Assembly (NCBI GenBank): GCA_051362555.1
Contig: CM120640.1
Location: 5,952,001-6,016,000 of the forward strand
DNA length: 64,000 nt
Source of the DNA: Lingula anatina
Lineage: Eukaryota; Animalia; Brachiopoda
Direction of reading: 5' to 3'
This document shows, in pieces, positions 13,101 to 22,500 of the stretch. The position numbers and the translations under genes were made by a program. The notes beneath the pieces were generated by a model that was given only the letters and a program-made list of their open reading frames with translations, was not told the DNA's origin and did not search any database. Numbering within the stretch: position 1 is the first letter of the stretch; every line of letters starts with the position of its first letter.

Positions 13101-16100
13101 GTTTTAAAGCATATAGACTTGAGGACACTTTTTTCTTCCACCCTGCCTATATTGCCAACCTAACCCCTAGCTGGACTCCATAAAATGGTAAAAGTAAAAA
13201 CTGAACTTATGATTTGATGAATTGTAATTAACATCTAAGTTTAATAAAGAATTAATTAAAATTTTAGGTGACAGTTGGATATCTAAATTTCACAGCAGGC
13301 TACTTAGACTACCCTGCAGAAGACAGTTTACTATGGCCTATTGTAGGTGCGGCTGTAGGAGCATTTGTGCTCATTGTTGTTATTATTGTGGTGCTGGTGT
13401 TAGTGAGGCGCAAACAAAGACAGAGGCGTCGTGCAAAAAAACAAATGGTGCACTTCAATACTTATGACAGAAGAGTAAATATGTCACCCCCTGAAGTTCC
13501 AACAGGTGGGTAGAAAATCATATAACATATGACTCCAGGGGCGGATTGAGGCCGTCTTCTGGGTCTTTCAGAAGATGGTCAGATTTTCAAGTTTACATTG
13601 ACAGATATCCAATTTTTTCTCTCAGAAGACGGTAAAAAATACAGGATGGATCAACAAAGATAATTTAGCAGACTGTCAGAAAATAGCTCTGGATCCGCCC
13701 CTGACTTGTGTAATTTTATGAATTTAATCAGGTTTCAAACATTTTTACAACATTTTTCTTCATATTATGTATCTTGTTTAACTGTAGCTTTAAGTATCTG
13801 ATGACATTTTTCATGTGTGATTAGATAAACTGAATACATCCACCAATTAAGGAAGTTTTTTTTTTGGTCTTTGTTGGTATGTTAGTTTATGGGCTGATTT
13901 TGCCAAAAACTTCTGGATATGTCCTAATTTAGAATCAGTTAAATTTTGATTTCTGCTTTAGAATTGGTCCCTTTATATTTAATTGATATTCAGTTGAAAT
14001 ATGGATATTTGTTCATTTTCTTTTTACATAATATCAAATAAGAAAATATATGGTTTACCACTGATACATTTTCAAAGCTGACAGAAGTGAACCCTTGCTG
14101 TCCAAGTCTACTCAAGAACAGTTGAGTGCCCATAGGATTAATATTGCCAGAATACAGCTTTCAATTGTTATAGGACAAGGTGGGATTTTAACACTTAGAA
14201 GTAGTTTAACTAAATGGGTTAACTTTTGAATTTTACTTTCAAAGTAATCTTTAAGTAGGTTTCTTCATTTTTGACTTTGATTTTTGTCTAAATGGTGTTA
14301 AAAGTGATTATGGTACTGATATATTTTTAAACATTAAATTATTTTAAGTCTGGAATTTGACCATTTTTTTAAAAATTTAAGTTAATTATCTTAAGAATAA
14401 TAATTGAAATTCAGAGACTAATAGCATTGATAAATGGTTATGAATTTTGGTTTGGACAGCCATAGTTTGACAGAAATGAAAATATGAGTTGAATAAGAAC
14501 TGCTTTAATTGCCTTTCAAATTTTGAGTACTTTATTTAAAAATAAAACGAAAGTTGATATTATTTTACAATTAATTACTTTTATAATTCAGGTCAGTTTG
14601 GCAGAGTTTATGAGGGGCAACTCTTGGATGAGAACTTGAAAAACCCTACAAAAGTTGCAATTAAAACATTGAAAGGTATGTGCAGCCCGAAAAGACACTC
14701 TATATTTTAAATACTTTTCATAAATAAATATATATGAAAATAAATATTTTCTCTATGAAATTAAGAGATTGCAGTCCTCATGATTGACACTGAGTCCACA
14801 CTCAACACACTGCATCATGGGTATGGACAACAAAGTTTTTTGACATTATGTAGAGCATGTCACTTAAATGTTAAAACAGACAGGTTTAAATACTTCTTTT
14901 TTTGTTGTAGGACACAGCCACACATTAGAGCAACTGGAGGAGTTTTTGCAAGAAGCTATAATTATGAAAGATTTCCACCATATCAACGTGCTGTCATTGC
15001 ATGGAGTGGCATTTGATGAAGAGAATGCCCTGGTTGTTCTACCTTACATGCACTTTGGTGACCTGAAGTCATACATTGCTAAACCAGAGCATGTATGTGA
15101 TACCTTTTGCAAAATGAACAAAATGAATATATATTATTATATGTGCAATCAAAATATTTTGTTAGCAATCAGCTTCTCAGTACCTTTCCAGAAAGTTTAA
15201 GACAGCTGTTGAGAATATTTTCTATTGATATCATAATTAATGTACTATGAAAAAATGATTCAGAATTTACTTTGTAAATTGCTTTGTAAATAATACTCTT
15301 GAGAAAGTAAGATATGATATGATTTTTTTTCCATTTAGGTTCTTAATGTTGGGGACCTACTGCATTTTGGGATGCAAATTGCAAATGGAATGGCATATCT
15401 TGCTGCACATAAATTTGTACATAGAGATTTAGCTGCAAGAAATTGCATGTAAGTTACAAAGCTTAGTTTTAAAAGGTGACAGTCAGTGTGTAATAAGAAG
15501 GGTTATATTCTGAATGTCACCTTGATTAAAAGGTGCTTTATATGGGGCTTTTGTGCCAAATCTGATTTTCCATGAAAGAAAAAAAAGGCATATTTCTACT
15601 ACTCAGAATCATTGCTTGCTTGACCTGTCCTGGCAGTTGGGTTGGATGTTTAGTACCATTTGTAATTAAGTGACTTAAAATTCTAAACAAACCAGGATTC
15701 ATTTAAATAAGGCTCAAAAAGAAATATCAACATCAGATTAACTTATATTTGATGGGGCTTACTCTGTCTGTGGTCTAAATTGGGATAGATAACTAGCATA
15801 ATAAAAATATTACTTTGGGGCATTTTCCATTGCATAAAATACCTTCAGGCTGGCACTTTAAATTGCCATAGTTTAAGCTTGGCATAAAATTAGGAAAGCT
15901 GGGAGAAAACCTGACTACATCTCACAACCAAAGCACTAATAATAGATTTTACATTATGCTGGTCTTAAAATATAATTTTTTAAGCTTAGGTTATCAAATA
16001 TTCATCAGCTGTTTGTGAATGAAAACCATAGGAAAATATATTAGATAACACCATGCTTTCTAAAATGTTACCAAATACTTAAACTGTTCTTTTTCGCTCA

Positions 16101-17393
16101 AATTGCCAAATTTATCTAAAATTGAAGATTTTTTTCACTTCAGCCATCACAACAAATGTTTTTTATTCATATTTAGGATAAATGCTTATTACATCACAAA
16201 GATTGCAGACTTTGGCCTGTCTCGTGACATTTTTGTGAAAGACTATTATAGGATGGATGACCAGGGCAAGCACCCTCTCCCTGTGAAGTGGATGGCACTG
16301 GAGAGTCTGACAGAGGGAAAATACTCTACACAGTCAGATGTGGTAGGACACAACAGCATTTCTTTCTTTTTTTTCACTTCTGAAGTATATTAAGTACCTC
16401 TGTAGTACATTTATACCAAATATTCTACAGATTGGAGAAAGTAAGAACAAAATCCAAAGGTGGGCCAAGAACAGAAATTTGGGGAGTTTGTTGCTGCCCA
16501 TAATGATAACAGCCAAAAGTGGAGAATCCTGAGATGATGGTGATGATGATATGTCATTCATAACAGCAGATTTTCATAATAAAGAGCCTAATTAAAAGTG
16601 CTCTAAAATTCAGGACACTCCCTGGAATAGTGAGGTACATTTAAAAAAACTCATTATAAAAATTACCCATATAGAGATTCCAGGTGAAGTTGGAATTTTG
16701 AATGATAGCATACTCTTCTTTTTAGTGGTCATTTGGCATAGTGCTTAATGAATTGTTAACAAGAGGGAAAACACCTTACCCACATGTGGACAATTATGAG
16801 ATAAAGAATTACATTGCATCAGGGAGAAGGCTTGATCCACCAGATTATTGCCCAGATGAAGTGTAAGAGATGCTTTTACACATATTTACTTGTCCATCAT
16901 TCAGATAATAGTTATTGATACATGTACATGTAATGTGCACAGTACTGTTTTAATGAAATTAAGTCTACATGGATGCTGACAATGTAGAATTATTTATTTA
17001 TGAATTATATTTTAAAAACATTAATGCAGCTTTAGTGGCTCTTTTATTAACAGTTACGAAAATATTGGATTTTGATCTCCCCTGTATAGTAACCTTTCTG
17101 TTCCCCTCAGGCGTGAATTGATGCTGAAGTGTTGGGCAGCAGACCCAGATGACAGGCCAACATTTACCCTGTTATCAAACAGACTACAGGAGATACTGGT
17201 GGACCAGGAGACTTGCAATGATTACAGTGGTTATCTTGCCATGGCGTCTGCTGTTCAAGAGGAAGCTTACGTGAACTCTGGTTCAAGCTCCTCTGGTTAT
17301 CTTAGTGTGGATGTTACACAGACCCTGCCAGAACCACATGAAAATCACTACTATAATGCAAAGATGACAAGCTTTGGCAAGATTCCTCACTGA
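4117..17393 (+). CDS. Chimeric receptor tyrosine kinase: usherin-type LamG-like/LN/laminin-EGF ectodomain + 3 IPT + TM + MET/RON-like kinase (23 coding exons, ~1343 aa)
   Basis: Hand-spliced exons, all GT-AG with consistent phases, total 4032 nt: 4117-4574, 4797-4992, 5401-5521, 5967-6039, 7023-7175, 7510-7627, 8001-8080, 8333-8530, 8796-9012, 10213-10434, 10721-10842, 11042-11227, 11790-11901, 12241-12543, 12855-13025, 13268-13505, 14078-14179, 14592-14675, 14911-15092, 15339-15448, 16177-16342, 16726-16862, 17111-17393. Signal peptide [45 protein letters not shown] followed by RRKQRQRRR. Kinase motifs [41 protein letters not shown]. Confidence 0.88.
6068..6451. mobile_element. MITE-like element, family A, in RTK intron 4
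   Basis: The left end GGCTGCATTCAGAACAGCGGACTAA is an imperfect inverted repeat of the right end TTAGCCACTGTTCTGAATGCGGCT. ATA flanks both sides (possible 3-bp TSD). The right subterminal sequence is shared with the element at 9022-9207. Confidence 0.7.
6595..6808. mobile_element. Tourist/PIF-Harbinger-like MITE in RTK intron 4
   Basis: TIRs GGGCTCATTCCCAATGGAACTATC and GATAGTTTCATAGGGAATGAACCC, with TAA on both sides (6592-6594 and 6809-6811), the typical PIF/Harbinger target duplication. Confidence 0.75.
9022..9207. mobile_element. MITE-like fold-back element, family A, immediately after RTK exon 9
   Basis: Imperfect inverted repeat of ~55 bp: GAGCACTCAGAACACCAGACTAACAGATTCCAAGATCAAATATGGCAAACC versus GGTTGGCCATATTTGATCTGGGGATCTGTTAGTCCGCTGTTCTGAATGTGCTC. 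The ends resemble those of 6068-6451. Confidence 0.72.
9795..9934. repeat. Diverged, left-truncated copy of the family B element
   Basis: AGATGGTCAGA...AAGTTTACA...AGGATGGATCAACAAAGATA...AGACTGTCAGAAAATA.CTCTGGATCC aligns co-linearly with 13565-13703. Confidence 0.75.
10721..13505 (+). other. Three IPT/TIG domains and transmembrane segment of the RTK (exons 11-16)
   Basis: IPT signatures [18 protein letters not shown]; [29 protein letters not shown]...LICPTP; QVYQDPVI...IDIKGERL...[26 protein letters not shown]...[15 protein letters not shown], followed by the hydrophobic TM segment. This matches the membrane-proximal IPT stalk of plexins and MET. Confidence 0.85.
13536..13703. mobile_element. 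Short non-autonomous DNA transposon (CAGGGGCGGAT termini, hAT-like), family B
   Basis: Termini CAGGGGCGGATT and GATCCGCCCCTG are inverted repeats. The internal sequence is repeated at ~9795-9934. No clear 8-bp TSD, so the superfamily call is tentative. Confidence 0.65.
14078..17393 (+). other. MET/RON-class tyrosine kinase domain and C-terminal docking tail (exons 17-23)
   Basis: [114 protein letters not shown]...RPTF. These closely parallel MET ([35 protein letters not shown]). The tail contains YVN. Confidence 0.92.
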
Positions 17394-19534
17394 ACTTATA
17401 CCCCTTTAGAGCACATGCATTATGAAACACATTCTCAGATAGCTATCAAAAGAGAAAAGAGAATCATTTTAATGGAAGAACATTTTATCCAGTCCATCAC
17501 CCCCATTTAAACATCCCAGATTTGGGGCAATCAAACAAATTTACGTAGCAACGTCCCTTTTCAAGAACTAAAAGGAGAAAATGGTTTGCTGCGTTCACTT
17601 ATGGAAACACACTTTCATTTCCTAGAATTGAAGTTGCTGCTGGGAAACATTTGAATATTTTATTTTGCAGAATTATATTTTGAATCTTGCATATCATCAA
17701 AATGCATTTTTAGTTCATAAGATGTGTTATATACATATACTCAGCATGATGCCAAACAAGCTATCTTGGATGGTAGCTGTGAAGAATATGTTGTGATAGG
17801 GCAGTTTTAGGTATATTTTTATAATTACTATTTTTGCATAACTTACATCTCTACTGTACATATTTATAATTACTATTTTGAAAACAATATGTCACTAGTG
17901 CTTAGTTTTATTTCCACATAGGATGAGAAAAGGTCAAAAAAGAGAAATAACTGAACATTAAAAAAGAATTTATTTTATATATATATATATACATATACTG
18001 TTAATAAATTACGCAAATGAATTAACAAAATTAACCTGATCATGTACAAATGCAATTACCGAATATAAACAATTAATACACTATCTACAGGGACTACTTC
18101 CATTAGTGCTATGAATTTGTAACAGATGCTTATAAAACCTATTACTAATATTTTCTTCCTATCATGTAACCTGCCCCACATTAATACTGTTTTACTGCCA
18201 GTGCCATGGCGTGGTGTGGTAAGTGCAAGTTTGGTCCCTCTTTTGCTACGTAACCTACAATATTGCAGAATGACAAATCAAATATAATTACAGATAGGAT
18301 GTAAATTCAGTCAATTACCTGTAATTTTAAACCAAATTAGACATCTCATTTTTATGTAAATTATACACACTTATATAAAAAGAGGACAGCTCCTTTTTGT
18401 AAATAAAATCAAGAATTTCTTATGTCATGTATACAGCAGGTGAAAGCAATGTCATGGTGGAAATGTGTATTTTAGATAATCCTGTTTTTGATTGAAGTAA
18501 GTTTTGTGTCTAGAATAATATCATCTAAGTTTGCATACTATCAAGATTGTAAATTTACATTATTAAACATGTAAGTTGTTCTAATTAATTCTAATAGGAC
18601 AGCATTTTTTTTTTGAAAGATTATGAGACATTAACAATATAAATTCAGTCAAACATGGAATTACTGCACAATGAAAATGCAACTAAAATAATTACTGATA
18701 TATGCATACTTTGCATTCAATAAAATTCTGCCAGATTTCTAAATACAATAAAAAAAGAGACTACTGTCTGTCCTATTCTAAAATGTCTACTGCTGCAAGG
18801 GACCTCCTTGTCTATTATGAACATATTGGCTCCAGCAATACTTCTGCTGGTATAGAGAGGATGGGAAGCTGTGGCTCAAACAAATCCATAGTAAAGTGTG
18901 GTGCTAGATTAAGGTTACCAAGCCCTGCCAGTGATTCCACTGCTTGAGGTGCACTGCATCTAGACATCCACTATGATAAAATGGGGAAAGAAAATTCTGC
19001 TGCAGCTCAGCTGCATTACTCATGTTCATCAAGTTTTTTTTCCTTTTATTGTTTTGTTCCATGTCTTCATTCAGCCGACTCAGCTGTCAAGTATCACAGA
19101 TAAGAACATAAGAGAAAAACAAGGCTGAAAATGGTTTGCCATCGCATTGATTGGCAACTGAAGAGATACTGTCTGCCCGTCTGAATCTCTCAATCTGTCT
19201 AGACGAAACCATCTTTCTTGCCGTCAGTAATTTACCGTCTCTTCTGGAGATCCACAGCACAACATCAAAATGATGTCTACGATCAATCTCACAAAACGAT
19301 GGTTTCCAAAATCAAAATGTCAGGAGCATTTTGCCTGTCATTTCAACTTCTGATAATGCTTATTCAGAATTGGAATTTGCTTTTGAACTAAACTAAGTCT
19401 GGTAGGTTATTCCTTCCACTGTGTGCTTCAATCTGAAGGCTGCAACACAGCATACTTTCTTGTGCCTCAGCATCCAAACACACACATGGCAGACCCTGTA
19501 CTTGTATTTGCTCTCCCATCTGCCAGGATGTAGG

Positions 19535-22500
19535 CTAGCTACATGTGAAATTTCGTAAACAGCCTGCATTGCATGCATTTTCCTGAAAGTACAGAAAATC
19601 ATATTGAACATTTCAATATCCTAACTGTCAAATCATCCTGCTTCTTAATAAAAATATTAGTAAATTGTAAGAACAGATATAGATTACTCCAGTAACAGTA
19701 TAGTATGTATTATAGTATTGGCTTACCTTATATTCTTCCACAAGGTTCTTGTATTCATCAAACTTATCACACCATTCTTCGTATCTTTTTAGAGCTGCAT
19801 CTTGGGGACCTGAGCAAAATGGTAAAAGAATTATGATATTCTGTATATAAAACAGGGGGATGTGGTGCTATGTAGAAAAATCACAGTCTAAATAGGAAGA
19901 TTTGAAATGCAGCTACCATAGACATAACAGTAATAAAATAATTACCCTAAAATCTTAATAATATAAATATTCCTTGTCCTTTCCACCCAACTTTTTGTAT
20001 GAAATTAAACAAATTTCAATATGTATAGACTATATTATATTATATTATAACAACAATAAATGCATAAAATGAAAAGCTGACAGCAGCAAAATGACTTACT
20101 CAGCACTGTGAGGTTATATGTAATCTTGTCCCCTCCATATAGGTTACATGTGTATTCGCCCTCAGACTTTGGACTGCGAGGCTTCAACAGTACCAGATCA
20201 CCTGTGGCCGTCATGACACAGGTTTTATTGACTGGCTGACACTCCAATAATGTGCCATTACGTGTCCAATTTTTATAATTAGTGGATCCTTGTAAAACTA
20301 CAGCGGCTCCAGACTCTGTTTCTGTATGTATGATGGCACTGCACGTGGCCTTTGAGCTGAAATTTAATAAAAAAAGAAAATGATAGGGTCTAGTAGTACT
20401 GCTTAGTATGTGGTGAAAAAAGAAAATGACACCTTTCTCTAATAATCAATTTGACTTAAAAAGCAAACAAATTACGCACATTCTTTATACAGAAATCAAG
20501 TTTGTAGAGAAGGGGGTCTTGGAAGTTCACCGTTTGACCAAAAGAGTTTTGCTCTGAATCAGAAATGGTTCTGGGTTCTTTGTCATTTATCAAGTTGGGT
20601 CAACCAGAGAAGATAAAAGGTCCCCCATTTCAGAAGACCCCCAACCTGTTGAAATATTTGTCTACAGGCCTGATAGAAATAACTTCATACCTAGATGTGT
20701 CAGCAGTGCAGCTTTTACTACTGACGTCCCAGTTACAGTGAGGGTCATGTGTACAGCTACCACAGGTCTTGTAGTGGTTGCACTGGTCATCAACTGGCAC
20801 CTGGGTCACCTGGTCATCTGTGCCCAGGTATAGCATGGACATACCACTGGACTGAAAGAGGGGGAAAGCAGGGTGTTATTAACTATAATTTCATAAGGTC
20901 TCATTATTTCCCCCTTTATTGTGTGTTCTATGTTATAAAACATTATGTAAGCCATTTGGTGAGGGGCGCCATCTACAGTGGAGAAACAAAATCATGTGAT
21001 GTAACTGAAACATACTACACTGTAATATTTTTTTGGTATCAAAAACCTATGGTTATAAGTCATCTTTTCCTTGCATCAGATTTTCATTTTTGTTTAGAGC
21101 ATTCAACATCTTTAATTATTCAATAAACTGATCATTAATTTTTTTAATCATCACCACACTGTAATACTTACATGCTTAAAATATTTCATGCTCCATAAAA
21201 TGGTATCATCTTGTAAAGGCTCTATAACTGAGCTAAGGCTGGTGCACTCCTCATTGACCTGACTACAAGACTCTGTGCTGGCTAATTTGTAGATTTTAGC
21301 ATTATCTTAAAGTAAACAAAATGGGAACATCATTATAACAGTACCTTTTTTGTTTCATAGTTATTATTTTATTTGCAAATCTACCCAAAACAGAAAATAC
21401 TCACATACTCTCTTTTTTATTTGTCCCACAGATGCTACTTGTTAAAAAATCAGTCAATATTTCCATATTTCCATTCTAAAAAAATGTTGACTTATTATGG
21501 CTCTAATAACACTGCTCAAAAGCAAATACACTCCTATAACAGAATTTCTGATTCCAGTTACTGTAACATTTAATTTGAAGCTCGCTGTCGTACTTACTTG
21601 TGCCCAGATACAGCACCCTTTGTCCAGCCACCAAACTGTTTTCTACAGCAATTTTTCTGAAGATGACTCCACTTCTGTAGTACAATGGTCTCCCCTCTCT
21701 CATTGGAATAGCTTGGTCCATAAGGGGGCGGGAATAGATGAAGTTGATGATGGTATCATCCAGGCCCAGCGAGTTGTTAGAGCACTGAAGGGAATTTTTT
21801 TTTATAAAATGTAAATTATGCTGAATTGAGAAACACAACAGGGGTTTACAGGCCAGAGACCAAGGCAAACTAGACTATGTTTTAGTAGTTACTTGGCATG
21901 TTCTTTTAGAGTTGAAACCATGTCAAACATAAAGTTGCATAGGTATAATCCATTCTCACAGAAATACATACATGATAATCTAATAAAGGTAAGCTCATTA
22001 TAACTTACTAAAATTCATGCAAGTAAAATTCAGGCGAGTAAAAGTTTAATGACTCTGAGTTATAGTTTGAATTACAATGTTTTACTGTTGGCAAAGTTTT
22101 CTAATCAATTCTGATCTACAATTAAATGTTTACTTGTACTAGTAAGGAAATAAATTATGAAATAATATGTTACAAAAATGTGCTGCACAGCAACTTGCTT
22201 ATGTACACAGAACAGGTGAAAGTGGACCATTTTCAAAAAATTTGTAAAATGCAAACACAGCTCTATGGGGGGGGGGGGGGGGGTGCATGAAATAAATACA
22301 ACATTCAAATATCATAGTTTTCAGATAAATCCAGAGGAGCAAAAATGTTCATTAGCTTGGTAGTTGGACCATAAATGAAAATTATCAAACACAAGCCAAG
22401 TTATTTTCATAGTGTCAGCTAAATATTTCGGCTTATGTTTGATAATTTTCATCTAAAATCCAGAGGAGTTTTATTGCTAATACAACAAGCACTATTCCAC

